This document shows positions 45,193 to 57,457 of a stretch of DNA of 64,000 nucleotides, one piece after another. The stretch lies in assembly GCA_964494475.1 (NCBI GenBank), contig CAZBRS010000018.1, positions 26,058 through 90,057 of the forward strand, written 5' to 3'. Position numbers and translations under genes: made by a program. Numbering within the stretch: the stretch's first letter is position 1; each line of letters starts with the position of its first letter. Source of the stretch: an uncultured Myxococcales bacterium. GTDB taxonomy: Bacteria; Myxococcota_A; UBA9042; CAZBRS01. A model generated the notes under the pieces. It did no database searches and had not been told where the DNA came from. It saw only the letters and a program-made list of their open reading frames with translations.

Positions 45193-46839
45193 ATGGCCAC
45201 CGATACGACGACCCCCGCCCGATCGTGCCCCGACGAGCGCTACGACTTCCTGGTGCTCGGCTCCGGGCTCGCGGCGCTGTCGTTTGCCCTCGAGTGCGCC
45301 GAGCACGGCTCGGTGTGCGTGCTCACCAAGCTGGGCGCCACCGACGCCGCCACCAACTGGGCGCAGGGCGGCCTGGCGGCCGTCAACGACCCCGACGACT
45401 CGGTCGACCTGCACGTGCGCGACACGCTGGCCGCCGGCGCGGGCCTCTGCCGCGAAGACGTGGTGCGATCCATCGTCGCCGAGGGTCCCGCCATCGTCCA
45501 GCGCCTGGTCGCGGCGGGCGTACAGTTCACGCACCGCTCCGACGGCCAGCGCTACGATCTGGGCCGCGAGGGCGGGCACAGCGTGCGGCGCGTGCTGCAC
45601 GCCGCCGACTTCACGGGCAAGGCCATCGAGGAGGTGTTGCTCGAGCGGGCGCGCGCGCACCGCAACATCGACGTCTTCGAAGACATGATGGTCGTCGACC
45701 TGATCACGGGCGAGCGCCTGCACGAAGGCGACGGCGAGCCCAACCGCTGCTTCGGCGTCTACGTCATCGACAAGCGCGCGCGCAAGGTGCTGACCGTGCT
45801 CGGAAAGGTCACGCTGCTGGCCACGGGCGGCGCGGGCAAGGTCTACCTGTACACCACCAACCCCGAGGTGGCCACGGGCGACGGGGTGGCCATGGCCTGG
45901 CGCGCGGGCTGCCGCGTGGCCAACATGGAGTTCTTCCAGTTCCACCCCACCTGCCTGTACCACGTGAAGGAGCGCACCTTCCTGATCAGCGAGGCCCTGC
46001 GCGGCGAGGGCGGAATCCTGCGCAACCTGGCCGGCGAGGCCTTCATGGAGCGCTACACGCCCCAGAAGGAGCTCGCCTCCCGCGACGTGGTGGCGCGCAG
46101 CATCGACGCCGAGCTGAAGCGCACCGGCGACGACCACGCCTGGCTCGACATGACCCACCTCGACGGCGACTTTCTGCAGCAGCGCTTCCCGAACATCGAC
46201 GAACGCCTGCGCGCGCTCGGCGTCGACCTGCGGCACGAGCCCATCCCGGTCGTGCCCGCGGCCCACTACCTGTGCGGCGGCGTGGTGGTCGACGTCGACG
46301 GCCGCACCAGCCTCGACGGCCTGCTGGCGGCGGGCGAGGTGGCGTGCACCGGCCTGCACGGCGCCAACCGCCTGGCCTCGAACAGCCTGCTCGAGGCCGC
46401 CGCCTGCGGCTACCGGGCCGCCCGGGTGGCCGTCACCAGCGTTCACGAGGGGCGCGTGCACTTTCCGCGCACGTTGCCCCAGTGGAACGCGCGCTTCACG
46501 GTCGAGTCCGACGAGGCGGTGGTCATCAGCCAGAACTGGGACGAGATCCGGCGCTTCATGTGGAACTACGTGGGCATCGTGCGCTCGAACAACCGCCTCA
46601 CGCGTGCCCGCAAGCGCATTCACTCCCTGCGCGAGGAGATCCGCGCCGACTACTGGAAGTACTTCCCCTCCCAGGATCTGATCGAGCTGCGCAACCTGGC
46701 CCAGGTGGCCGAGCTGATCATCGAGTGCGCCCAGGCGCGTCGCGAGAGCCGCGGGCTGCACTACACGCTCGACTACCCGGAGCGCGACGACGCGCTCTTC
46801 CTGCGCGACACGATCCTCTGGCGCGGACGGGCCTCGTAG
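45193..46839 (+). CDS. nadB: L-aspartate oxidase
   Basis: DFLVLGSGLAAL, TNWAQGGLAAV, FHPT, GLHGANRLASNSLLE. RBS AGGAGG. Confidence 0.9.
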   Translation: MATDTTTPARSCPDERYDFLVLGSGLAALSFALECAEHGSVCVLTKLGATDAATNWAQGGLAAVNDPDDSVDLHVRDTLAAGAGLCREDVVRSIVAEGPAIVQRLVAAGVQFTHRSDGQRYDLGREGGHSVRRVLHAADFTGKAIEEVLLERARAHRNIDVFEDMMVVDLITGERLHEGDGEPNRCFGVYVIDKRARKVLTVLGKVTLLATGGAGKVYLYTTNPEVATGDGVAMAWRAGCRVANMEFFQFHPTCLYHVKERTFLISEALRGEGGILRNLAGEAFMERYTPQKELASRDVVARSIDAELKRTGDDHAWLDMTHLDGDFLQQRFPNIDERLRALGVDLRHEPIPVVPAAHYLCGGVVVDVDGRTSLDGLLAAGEVACTGLHGANRLASNSLLEAAACGYRAARVAVTSVHEGRVHFPRTLPQWNARFTVESDEAVVISQNWDEIRRFMWNYVGIVRSNNRLTRARKRIHSLREEIRADYWKYFPSQDLIELRNLAQVAELIIECAQARRESRGLHYTLDYPERDDALFLRDTILWRGRAS

Positions 46840-46857
46840 GGGCTCCCACGCGGTCCG

Positions 46858-48279
46858 TCAGCAGTTGTAGTACAGCTCGAACTCGTAGGGGTGCGGCCGG
46901 CGCTGCAGCTCGTTCACCTCGCGCTCGCGCTTGGCTTTGATCCACGCGGTGACGGTGTCGGAGGTGACGATGCCCGGGTCGGTCAGGAAGGCGTGATCGG
47001 CCTCGAGGGCGTCGAGCGCGGCCTCCAGGCTGGTGGGCAGCGATTTGAGGTCGGCGCGGCCGGTCTCGAAGATGTTCTCGTCGTAGGGCCCGAAGCCCAG
47101 GGCCGAGGGGTCGAGCTTCTGGCGCATGCCGTCGACGCCGGCCGCCAGCATGGCCGCCATGGCCAGGTAGGGGTTGCAGGTGGCGTCGGGGGGGCGGAAC
47201 TCGAAGCGCTTGTCGTGGGGGTCGCGCGCGTACTTGGGGATGCGGATGGCCGCCGAGCGGTTGGCCAGCGAGAAGAAGAGCTGCACGGGGGCTTCGAAGC
47301 CCGGCACCAGGCGCTTGAAGCTGTTGGTCGAGGGGTTCGTGAAGGCCAGAATGGCCGGCCCGTGCCGGAGCACGCCCGCGATGTAGGACAGGCCCTCGGG
47401 GCTGAAGTCGGCGTAGCCGCCCTTCTTGTAGAACACGGGCTTCGAGCCCTTGAACAGGTGCTGGTGGAAGTGCATGCCCGAGCCCGCCACGTTGTAGAGC
47501 GGCTTGGGCATGAACGTGGCCGTGAGGCCGTGCTTCTTGGCGATCTGCTTCACGAAGTACTTGACGATCTGCACGCGGTCGGCCGACTCGAGCAGCGGGC
47601 CCTGCTCGAGCTCGATCTCGGACTGGCCCGCCGCGCCCACTTCGTGGTGGTGGTACTTCACGGGCACGCCGATGGACTGCAGCGCGTCGCTCATCTCGGA
47701 GCGCACGTTGAGGTAGCGATCGCGGTCGGGGGCCACCAGGTAGCCGCGCTGGGCCGGGATCAGCTCGGGGGCGTTGGTCGAGGCGCTGAGCCCGCCCACG
47801 TCGGCCTCTTCGGAGGCGATGTCGTAGTGCGCCACGCCCGGGCCGTTCTTGTACGACACGCGCTCGAACAGGTAGAACTCGAACTCGGGCCCCCACTGCG
47901 ACGCGTCGGCCAGGCCCGACGAGACCATGTGCGCATGGGCGCGGCGCAGGATCGAGCGCGGGTCGCGCGCGAAGCCGGCGTGGGTGTCGGGCTCGACCAC
48001 GTCGCAGAAGAACGACAGCGTGGGCACCTGGAAGAACGGATCGACCCAGCCCGTGTCGAGCAGGGGCTTCAGCACCATGTCGCCGCTCTCGACGGCCTTG
48101 AAGCCGGGGATGCTCGACGCGTCGAAGCCGGTGCCCTTGTCGATCTTCTTGGGGTCGACGTGGTGCGTCGAGACCGTCATGTGATGCAGGCCGCCGTACA
48201 GATCGGTGAACTTCAGGTCGATCTGCCGGATGCCGTGCTTGACGATGTACGAGTTCAGTTCGTCGGTCGCGGTGAACAT
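46858..48279 (-). CDS. glnA: Glutamine synthetase type I
   Basis: IRQIDLKFTDLYG..., KYHHHEVGAAGQSEIE, MPKPLYNVAGSGMHFHQ, NSFKRLVPGFEAP. Confidence 0.95.
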   Translation of the reverse strand: MFTATDELNSYIVKHGIRQIDLKFTDLYGGLHHMTVSTHHVDPKKIDKGTGFDASSIPGFKAVESGDMVLKPLLDTGWVDPFFQVPTLSFFCDVVEPDTHAGFARDPRSILRRAHAHMVSSGLADASQWGPEFEFYLFERVSYKNGPGVAHYDIASEEADVGGLSASTNAPELIPAQRGYLVAPDRDRYLNVRSEMSDALQSIGVPVKYHHHEVGAAGQSEIELEQGPLLESADRVQIVKYFVKQIAKKHGLTATFMPKPLYNVAGSGMHFHQHLFKGSKPVFYKKGGYADFSPEGLSYIAGVLRHGPAILAFTNPSTNSFKRLVPGFEAPVQLFFSLANRSAAIRIPKYARDPHDKRFEFRPPDATCNPYLAMAAMLAAGVDGMRQKLDPSALGFGPYDENIFETGRADLKSLPTSLEAALDALEADHAFLTDPGIVTSDTVTAWIKAKREREVNELQRRPHPYEFELYYNC

Positions 48280-48367
48280 GCTCCCTCCGCAGCGCTGCCG
48301 CCCTCGAGGGGCGAACGGCCTCCACGCTTAGCACCGGGCAGGGGAGAGGGCAAGGATTCTCGCGAGG

Positions 48368-50530
<2,163 letters not shown>

Positions 50531-50686
50531 GGCGCCTTCCCCCTGCGTACGAAGCCACCCGGCGGGCTATACTTCGAGGGTCGGGCTTTTTCCTGGGCTT
50601 GTCAATCGGGCGCGCGCTGGCCAAGCCTGCCCGCGCGGGAGTAGGATGCCCGAGGCGTCGGGCCCAGGGAGGGAGGGGAGGCGAGC

Positions 50687-52111
50687 ATGGATCGTGGCAA
50701 GGTGATCGCGGTGGCGTTGCTTTCGGTCGCGCTGGCCTGCGGCTCCAGCGGGGCCGGGGAGGCGGACGGCGGACGAGACCTCGGAGGTGAGGTCGACGTA
50801 TCGTGGGGCGACGGCCCGGGCCCGGCCGAGCCCGGCGAGGTCGTCGGGAAGGACTCGGAGGGGGACCAGAAGGAGGAGGTCGCGGCGCCGGACCTCGGCG
50901 CGGACCCGGGAGCCGAGCCCGCCGAGGCCGCCGACGCGCCGCCCGAGGTCCAGGTGGCCGAAGACCCGGGCCCGGACGCGGCCGACGATCCCGGATCGCC
51001 GCCCGACGTGCCCGCCGACACCAGCGGGCCCTGCCTCGCGGACCCGCCCGTCGCGGCCGACGGGCCGCGCACCGTGCTCGTGACGCACCCCTTCTCGGAA
51101 GAGAGCGGCGTGTGCGGGCGCGGCCTCGAGGTGCTGCGGCTCGAGACCGACGGCGCCCTGGTCACCACGGGCACCGTGCTCGACGTGGGCAGCTGCCCCT
51201 GGCGCGTGGTCTTCTCGCCCGACGGACGGCTGGTGCTGGTCGTGAACAACAACAACGACCCCCAGGCGGGCGATCGTGGCGTGGTCGTGCTGCGCCACCA
51301 CGCCGACGGCTCGCTCGAGATCGTGAACGAGCTGAAGGAGTTCGCGTTCCGGGCCGTCGACGACGTGGCCTTCTCGCTGGACGGCACGCGCGCCTACGTG
51401 ACCGACAACAACGTGGTGGGCGAGGGCGGCGTGCACGTGCTGGCCGTGAACCCCGGCTGCAACGCCAGCTACGTCTCGTGGATCGATCTGCACCACGCCT
51501 CGTCCATCGCCATGCTGCCGGGCGGCCTCCACGCGGCCGTGATGGCGGGGCCGGTGTGGAACGACACGAAGGACCTGGCGTTCCTCGACCTCGAGAGCGG
51601 CACGGTGGCCGGGCAGACCTCGAACTTCTCGGACTTCGTCTCGGCCTTCTCGCTGGGCGTGCCGCCCGACGGGCGCACCCTGGTGGTGCCGAACGCGTCG
51701 GCGTTCTCGGAGCTGGCCGATACGTTGACCGTGATGTCGCTCACGCTGACCAATGGCGTGCCCGTGCCTGCCATCCAGCAGGTGGTGACCGACGTGTACC
51801 AGCCCACCGAGCTGATCTTCTCGCCCGACGGCACCAAGATGCTGGCCACCACCTTCGATGGCGACAGCGTGCGCTGGTTCCACGTGGCCGAGGACGGCGA
51901 CCTGAGCGACGGCGGCAACGTGACCGGCATCGGCCTGGCCGACCGCGCCGACATGCTGCGTCGCGGGCCCCTGGCAGGCTACGTGGTGGTCTCGTCGGTC
52001 ACCGACGTGGCGCGCCTGCGCTTCACCGCCACGGGCCTGGAGAAGATGCCCAAGCTGGCCCTGGGTGAGGGTTCGGACAAGATCTGCGGCGACATCGCGA
52101 TCGAACCGTAA
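50687..52111 (+). CDS. Lipoprotein, beta-propeller (lactonase-like fold)
   Basis: Lipobox LALAC. Acidic Pro-rich linker. Repeated FSPDG/SLDG strand motifs. Confidence 0.65.
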   Translation: MDRGKVIAVALLSVALACGSSGAGEADGGRDLGGEVDVSWGDGPGPAEPGEVVGKDSEGDQKEEVAAPDLGADPGAEPAEAADAPPEVQVAEDPGPDAADDPGSPPDVPADTSGPCLADPPVAADGPRTVLVTHPFSEESGVCGRGLEVLRLETDGALVTTGTVLDVGSCPWRVVFSPDGRLVLVVNNNNDPQAGDRGVVVLRHHADGSLEIVNELKEFAFRAVDDVAFSLDGTRAYVTDNNVVGEGGVHVLAVNPGCNASYVSWIDLHHASSIAMLPGGLHAAVMAGPVWNDTKDLAFLDLESGTVAGQTSNFSDFVSAFSLGVPPDGRTLVVPNASAFSELADTLTVMSLTLTNGVPVPAIQQVVTDVYQPTELIFSPDGTKMLATTFDGDSVRWFHVAEDGDLSDGGNVTGIGLADRADMLRRGPLAGYVVVSSVTDVARLRFTATGLEKMPKLALGEGSDKICGDIAIEP

Positions 52112-52153
52112 CCTCAGCGTTGCAGACAACGTTCCCGTTCTCAGGTTCGTGAC

Positions 52154-52179
52154 CCCCCTCTCCATCGATGGAGAGGGGG
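52154..52179. other. Perfect 26-nt palindrome
   Basis: CCCCCTCTCCATCGATGGAGAGGGGG in the 97-nt gap before the glycosidase-like gene. Confidence 0.9.
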
Positions 52180-52208
52180 ATGGGGGTGAGGTCATCGTGG
52201 GAGGGATC

Positions 52209-55199
52209 ATGACCCGTTCGCTGCGCTCTCGCCTGGTCCCGCTCGTTCTCGTTCTGCTCTCCTGCGCCGAGACGGCTGCGCTCGACTCGGGCTTCGACGC
52301 CGCGGCGTTCGCCGATCCCCCCGTCACGGCGCGCCCCTGGGTGCGCTGGTGGTGGCCGGGCAACGACGTGGAGCCCGCCGAGCTGCGGCGCGAGCTGGGC
52401 GAACTGGCGGCGCGCTTCTTCGGCGGCGCCGAGGTTCAGGCCTTCGACGCCGCGCTCGACCCCCAGGCCCCCGCCGACGAGCTCGCGCGCCGTCGCTCGG
52501 TGCTCTCGCCCCCGTTCTTCGCGCACGTGCAGGTGGCCCTCGACGAGGCTTTGGCGCTGGGGCTCGGCCTCGACCTGACCCTCGGCTCGGGCTGGCCCAC
52601 CGGGGGCGCCCACGTGGCGCCGGCCGCGTCGCTGGGCACGCTCGTGCACGCCGAGACGCGCGTCACGGGCCCGCAGTCCGTGCCCGTGGTCCTCGACGGC
52701 CCCGACCTGCTGCCCTTCTACAAGGTGGCCTCCACGGCCGAGGCCGCGGGAGAGCCCCTGGCGCGCTACCTGCCCGAGCTCGCGGTGCCCGTGGTGGTGC
52801 TCGCGGCCGAGGTGGTCGGGGGCGAGCGCAGCACCAACTGGCTCGAGCTCCAGGATCAGCTCGTGCTCGACCCGGCGTCGGTGCGGGTGCTGGCCGAGGC
52901 CCCGGAGGTCGGGTCCAGCCTCTTGTTCGAGGCGCCCGCCGGCGACTGGATCGTGCTCGAGCTCTACCGCATGCCCGACGGCGAGCACGTGAGCCTGGCC
53001 GCCGAGGCCGAGCCGGCCTTCGTGACCGACCACGTCGACGGGCACGCCGTCGGGGCGTCCCTGGAGGCGCTGGTGGGCACCGGAACCGGGCTGTCGGCCG
53101 AGGCCTCCGGCGCGTGGCGCGGCCTGTTCGTCGACAGCTTCGAGCTCGAGTGCGAGCGCTTCTTCTCGACCGACTTCCTCGCCGAGTTCGCGGCCCGGCG
53201 CGGCTACGACCTGGTGCCGTGGCTGCCCGCCGTGCTCGAACCGGGCGCCGACAACCACCTGTTCGACGGCGGCGGCATCCCCACCGCGCCTTCGTACAGC
53301 CTGTCCGATCAGGACGACCGCGTGCGCTTCGATTACCAGCAGACCGTCTCGGAGCTCTTCGTCGAGCGCTTCGCGGGCACGGTCGGCGCCTGGGCCGCCG
53401 CCCGCGGCCTGGCCTTCCGGCTGCAGGGCTACGGGCTGAACGTCGACGTCCTGGCCGCGCTGGGGGCGGCCACCACCCCCGAGGTCGAGCAGCTCTACGC
53501 CGGCGGCACCGACCTCTTCCTCAAGCTCGGCTCCTCGGCCGCCCACCTCTACGGCCGCGCCGAGGTCAGCGCCGAGGCCTTCGTGTGGCCGGGCAAGGAC
53601 TGGGCCGAGACCCCCACGCTGTGGAAGGCCGCCGCCGACAAGCTGTTCGCGGCCGGGATCAACGCCCTGGTCTACCACGGGTACCCCTACCGCAAGCTCG
53701 AGGGCTACGGGCAGGGCGGCTGGCACGCCTTCAGCTCGACGTTCGGCGGGGCCAGCACCTACGGCTCGGCGATCACCGAGACCAACCCCTACTGGGGCGA
53801 CCTCGCCGAGCTCAACCGCTACGTGGCGCGCGTTCAGGTGGCGCTCCGGCAGGGCCGCCCCGACGCCGACGTGCTCGTGCTCTACCCCTGGTTCGGCTTC
53901 CCGGCCTCGTTCACGCGCCTGGCCGATCGCGACGAACTGCTCTTCAACGGGCGCTTCGACCCCGCCGACCCCGATCCGGCCTCGGGCACGCTGATGGCGC
54001 TGGTCACGCAGCTCTTCGGCGAGCCCGACCTGGGCGCGCGGGGCGAGTGGCTGCTGGCCGTCGAGCCCCTGCTGGCCGATCTGCACGCGGCCGGCTACGC
54101 CTGGGATTGGGTCAACCCCGCCAGGCTGGGGGCGGCGGTCGCCGACGACGGGCGCGTGCGCCTGGGCGACACCACCTGGGGCGCCGTGCTGCTGGTCGAC
54201 GTGCCCTGGCTGGCCCCGGAGACGGCGACGCAGTTGGCCGAGTTGGCGGCCGCCGACGTCCCGGTCGCGCTGATCGGGCTGGCCCCCACCCGGCAGCCGG
54301 GCCTGGCCGGCGCCGTCGAGGGTGACGCCACGGTGGGCGCCGAGATGGCGCGCCTGCTGGCCGGGCCGCGCGTGGCCCAGGTGGCCCCCGACGGCCTGCC
54401 GGCGGCCCTCGAAGACCGCCTGGGCGTGCCTCCGGGCGTGCGCTTCTGGCCCGACCATGCCGGGATCCGCCACGTGCGCCGCGCGCTGCCGAACGGCGAG
54501 CTGGTCTTCTTCTCGAACCCGGCCCGCGACCCGGCGGTCACGGCCGTCGACGTGCCCGGAGGCTGCGCCGAGCCCGCCTGGCTCGACCCCTGGACCGGGC
54601 GGGCCACTGCGGCCGCGCGCGACTTCGACGGGACGAGCCTGGCGCTGGCGCTCGCGCCCTACGGCTCGGCGCTCCTGCACTGCGGGACGGGCCTCGAGGC
54701 CGCGGAGCTCGTCGCGTGGACGGACGCTACGCCGCAGGACCTGACGGCGTGGACGTTGGCGGTGCCGACGGGGGCCGCCGGCGAGGGTTGGAGCGGCGAC
54801 GCGTCGAGCTTGTCCGACTGGCGCGACGTCCCTGAGCTGGCGCACGCCGAAGGCCCGGGGCGCTACGACGCCACGGTCGACCTGCCGAGCCTGCCCACGG
54901 GGGCGCGCGTGAGCCTCGATCTCGGCTGGGTCGACGGCGTGGCCGAGGTCAGCCTGAACGGGCAGTCGATCGGGCGGGCGCGGGTGCCGCCCTTCGTGCT
55001 CGACGTGACCGCCCAGGCGCGCGAGGGCCGGAACACGGTGACCGTGGAGGTGATCGCGCCCCTGCGCAACGCCTTCGTGGCCCGGGGTGTGGCCGGCGAT
55101 CCGGGGTATCGTCAGTTCGCGGGTCGCCCCGACGCGCTGGCGCCCGTGGGCCTGCGCGGCCCGGTGACGCTGACGGTGGAGCCCCTCGCCGCTGAGTAG
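52209..55199 (+). CDS. Secreted glycoside-hydrolase-like protein (RWWWPG N-terminal motif, C-terminal galactose-binding-like domain)
   Basis: Signal with LLSC. ARPWVRWWWPGNDV. C-terminal ...VSLNGQSIGRARVPPFVLDVT...RNTVTVEV resembles the GH2-type sugar-binding domain. The family assignment is tentative. Confidence 0.6.
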   Translation: MTRSLRSRLVPLVLVLLSCAETAALDSGFDAAAFADPPVTARPWVRWWWPGNDVEPAELRRELGELAARFFGGAEVQAFDAALDPQAPADELARRRSVLSPPFFAHVQVALDEALALGLGLDLTLGSGWPTGGAHVAPAASLGTLVHAETRVTGPQSVPVVLDGPDLLPFYKVASTAEAAGEPLARYLPELAVPVVVLAAEVVGGERSTNWLELQDQLVLDPASVRVLAEAPEVGSSLLFEAPAGDWIVLELYRMPDGEHVSLAAEAEPAFVTDHVDGHAVGASLEALVGTGTGLSAEASGAWRGLFVDSFELECERFFSTDFLAEFAARRGYDLVPWLPAVLEPGADNHLFDGGGIPTAPSYSLSDQDDRVRFDYQQTVSELFVERFAGTVGAWAAARGLAFRLQGYGLNVDVLAALGAATTPEVEQLYAGGTDLFLKLGSSAAHLYGRAEVSAEAFVWPGKDWAETPTLWKAAADKLFAAGINALVYHGYPYRKLEGYGQGGWHAFSSTFGGASTYGSAITETNPYWGDLAELNRYVARVQVALRQGRPDADVLVLYPWFGFPASFTRLADRDELLFNGRFDPADPDPASGTLMALVTQLFGEPDLGARGEWLLAVEPLLADLHAAGYAWDWVNPARLGAAVADDGRVRLGDTTWGAVLLVDVPWLAPETATQLAELAAADVPVALIGLAPTRQPGLAGAVEGDATVGAEMARLLAGPRVAQVAPDGLPAALEDRLGVPPGVRFWPDHAGIRHVRRALPNGELVFFSNPARDPAVTAVDVPGGCAEPAWLDPWTGRATAAARDFDGTSLALALAPYGSALLHCGTGLEAAELVAWTDATPQDLTAWTLAVPTGAAGEGWSGDASSLSDWRDVPELAHAEGPGRYDATVDLPSLPTGARVSLDLGWVDGVAEVSLNGQSIGRARVPPFVLDVTAQAREGRNTVTVEVIAPLRNAFVARGVAGDPGYRQFAGRPDALAPVGLRGPVTLTVEPLAAE

Positions 55200-55214
55200 C
55201 GGGCCGGGGGGTCG

Positions 55215-55457
55215 CTACGCCTCGATCCCCAGCCTCTTCGCGAGCTCGTCGCGCTCGAAGCCCACGGTGGCCTCGCCGCCCACGATGAGGATGGGCAGCC
55301 CGCTCCGCCCCGTCAGGCGCCGCGCGGCACGCCATTTGTCGCGATTCTGGAGAACGTCGATCTCGGTGAAGGGCACGCGCTTCTCGAGCAGGAAGTCGCG
55401 GGCCGCCGTGCACCACACGCAGTCGGGCGCGCAGTAAAGGACCACTTCGGGCGGCAC
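55215..55457 (-). CDS. Glutaredoxin/NrdH-like thioredoxin-fold protein
   Basis: VVLYCAPDCVWC...GLPILIVGGEATVGF. GTG start chosen for an 80-aa product; the exact start is uncertain. Confidence 0.6.
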   Translation of the reverse strand: MPPEVVLYCAPDCVWCTAARDFLLEKRVPFTEIDVLQNRDKWRAARRLTGRSGLPILIVGGEATVGFERDELAKRLGIEA

Positions 55458-55599
55458 GAGCTGCGTGGCGATGGCCGGAGCCCCGGTCGATGACCGACCG
55501 CGACTCTGCCGGAGCCGCCGGCGGTTTCGCAAGGGCAGGGGTTGATCCCGCACCCGCGCCGCGATACAACGCCAAGCGCACCCCTCGTCGAGGCACGCC

Positions 55600-56634
55600 A
55601 TGGAGATCGCGGTCGTCGGAGTCCCCCAGAGCGGCAAGACCCTGGCCATCCAGGCCATGGGCGGCCACCACGACGAGGCGGCGGGCAAGAAGCGCGACGA
55701 CCGGCTGGTGGTGCCCGTGCCCGACGCACGCATCGACCACCTGTCGTCCATCTACAAGCCGAAGAAGACCACCTACGCCCGCATCCAGTTCCGCGAGGCC
55801 GCCGGCCTCGGCCAGGAGCACCAGAAGGGCACGGCCGACTTCCGCAACCAGGTGCAGGGCGCCGACGGCCTGCTGGTCGTGGTGCGCGACTTCGACGCGC
55901 TGGGCGAGGCCCCCGACCCCGCCCGCGAGGCCACCAAGCTGCTCGAAGAGCTGCAGACCCTCGACTACCTGCTCGCGTCGGGCCGCCAGGAGCGCCTCGA
56001 CGAGGCCAAGAAGAAGGGCAAGAAGCCCGAGCCCGGCGAAGAAGAAGCCCTCAAGGAGGTGCTCGACATCCTCGAGGGCGGCCAGCCCCTGGGCGATCGC
56101 CTGACCCCCGAGGCCCTCAGCCACCTGTCCGGCTTCGGCTTCCTGACGCGCAAGCGCATCGTCGTGCTCCTGAACACCGACGAGGGCCGCGTGCACGACC
56201 CCGTGCCCGCCACTGCGCCCTTCGACCGCTACCCCACCTTCCGCGCCAGCCTGCCCATCGAGGCCGAGATCGCCGAGCTCGAGACGGCCGAGGAGCGCAC
56301 GGCCTTCCTGGCCGATCTGGGCATCGGCGAGCCCGTGCTCCACAAGGTCATCCAGTCGTTCTACAAGGCCATGGACCTCATCCCCTTCTTCACCGTGGGC
56401 GAAGACGAGGTGCGCGCCTGGACCATCACGCGGGGCACCCACGCCAAGGACGCCGCGGGCGAGATCCACACCGATCTCAGCCGCGGCTTCATCGCCGCCG
56501 AGGTGCTGGCCTACGCCGAGTTCGTCTCGCTGGGAGGATTCAAGGAGGCCAAGGCCAAGGGCCGCGTGCGCGTCGAGAGCCGCGACTACGTGGTGCAGGA
56601 TGGGGATATCCTCAACATACGGTTCAACGTGTAG
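55600..56634 (+). CDS. ychF: YchF/OLA1-like P-loop NTPase (divergent P-loop, TGS-like C-terminus)
   Basis: VVGVPQSGKT. C-terminal FFTVGEDEVRAWTI..G..A..AAGEIHTDLSRGFI.AEV...DGDILNIRFNV, as in YchF. Confidence 0.7.
   Translation: MEIAVVGVPQSGKTLAIQAMGGHHDEAAGKKRDDRLVVPVPDARIDHLSSIYKPKKTTYARIQFREAAGLGQEHQKGTADFRNQVQGADGLLVVVRDFDALGEAPDPAREATKLLEELQTLDYLLASGRQERLDEAKKKGKKPEPGEEEALKEVLDILEGGQPLGDRLTPEALSHLSGFGFLTRKRIVVLLNTDEGRVHDPVPATAPFDRYPTFRASLPIEAEIAELETAEERTAFLADLGIGEPVLHKVIQSFYKAMDLIPFFTVGEDEVRAWTITRGTHAKDAAGEIHTDLSRGFIAAEVLAYAEFVSLGGFKEAKAKGRVRVESRDYVVQDGDILNIRFNV
56620..56634 (+). repeat. Core repeat copy 0 (last codons and stop of ychF)
   Basis: CGGTTCAACGTGTAG. Confidence 0.9.
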
Positions 56635-56640
56635 TAACGC

Positions 56641-56669
56641 TTGACGTTAATACCGGACCGCGTTATTAT
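56641..56669 (+). promoter_or_regulatory. Sigma-70-like promoter giving a leaderless higB mRNA
   Basis: TTGACG-N17-TATTAT, then 6 nt, then the ATG at 56676. Confidence 0.5.
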
Positions 56670-56675
56670 TCTCTC

Positions 56676-56966
56676 ATGATCCGCTCGTTCCGCTGCGCCG
56701 AGACCGAGAAGCTGTTCCGCCGGGAGCCGACGCGGAAGATTCCTCCCGACGTGCAGCGGGTGGCGTTGCGGAAGTTGTTGCACGTGCACGCGGCGGTTCG
56801 GCTCGACGAGTTGCGGGTACCGCCGGGCAACCGTCTCGAAGCCCTGAAGGGCGACCGCGCCGGGCAGCACAGCGTGCGGATCAACGACCAGTGGCGTGTG
56901 TGCTTCGTGTGGCGCGATGGCGGCGCCGAGGACGTGGAGATCGTGGACTACCACAAGGGCAGGTGA
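56676..56966 (+). CDS. higB: HigB-type toxin (plasmid-maintenance killer protein family)
   Basis: MIRSFRCAETEKLF...ALKGDRAGQHSVRINDQWRVCFVW...VEIVDYH. Confidence 0.85.
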   Translation: MIRSFRCAETEKLFRREPTRKIPPDVQRVALRKLLHVHAAVRLDELRVPPGNRLEALKGDRAGQHSVRINDQWRVCFVWRDGGAEDVEIVDYHKGR

Positions 56967-56969
56967 GCC

Positions 56970-57275
56970 ATGAGCGACAAGATGGCCCCCATCCACCCGG
57001 GCGAGATCCTGGCCGAGGACTTCCTCGCGGGGCTGGGTATCACGCAGTACCGGCTGGCCAAGGGCATCGGAGTGCCGCCCCGGCGCATCAACGAGATCGT
57101 GAAAGGGATCCGCGGCATCTCGGCCGACACGGCCCTGCGCTTCGCCCGCTTCTTCGGCACGAGCCCGGAGTTCTGGGTGAACCTGCAGTCGCACTACGAC
57201 CTGGAGGTCCAGCGAGACCACGTCGGCGCCCTGATCGACGCCCAGGTTGAGGTATTTCACCACAAGGTCGCGTGA
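56970..57275 (+). CDS. higA: HigA-type HTH antitoxin
   Basis: IHPGEILAEDFL...GITQYRLAKGIGVPPRRINEIVKGIRGISADTALRFARFFGTSPEFWVNLQ. Confidence 0.85.
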   Translation: MSDKMAPIHPGEILAEDFLAGLGITQYRLAKGIGVPPRRINEIVKGIRGISADTALRFARFFGTSPEFWVNLQSHYDLEVQRDHVGALIDAQVEVFHHKVA

Positions 57276-57295
57276 GGACGGATCCGGGGCGTTCT

Positions 57296-57368
57296 GGTGA
57301 CAAGCTGGGTACAACGCCCCTCATCCCCGCACGGGGTGCGGTTGCTCATACGTCGGTTCAACGTGTAG
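57296..57368 (+). repeat. 73-nt junction block, copy 1, ending in the ychF core
   Basis: GGTGACAAGCTGGGTACAACGCCCCTCATCCCCGCACGGGGTGCGGTTGCTCATACGTCGGTTCAACGTGTAG. Confidence 0.85.
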
Positions 57369-57412
57369 CCATCCCGATGGACCATTCGGCCCCGGGTTTA
57401 CGCGGCAGGCCG

Positions 57413-57440
57413 TTGCGTTTGTTTCGTTTGCGCCTACAAT
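57413..57440 (+). promoter_or_regulatory. Sigma-70-like promoter candidate (TTGCGT-N16-TACAAT)
   Basis: 17 nt upstream of the ATG at 57458, with RBS GGAGGTG between them. Confidence 0.4.
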
Positions 57441-57457
57441 GGGTGTGGAGGTGAACC

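Noticed and set aside
48280-48367. Sigma-54 promoter upstream of glnA
   Set aside because: The best candidate (TGGAGGCCGTTCGC on the minus strand) has wrong GG-GC spacing and a poor -12 element, so it is not supportable by eye.
57272-57454. Conserved translations across the junction blocks (GDKLGTTPL..ARGA..TSVQR on plus; MRGVVP.LSP on minus)
   Set aside because: The conservation is explained by about 82% nucleotide identity. Substitutions are not biased to synonymous positions in any frame, and copy 2 shifts frame, so the blocks are treated as non-coding repeats.
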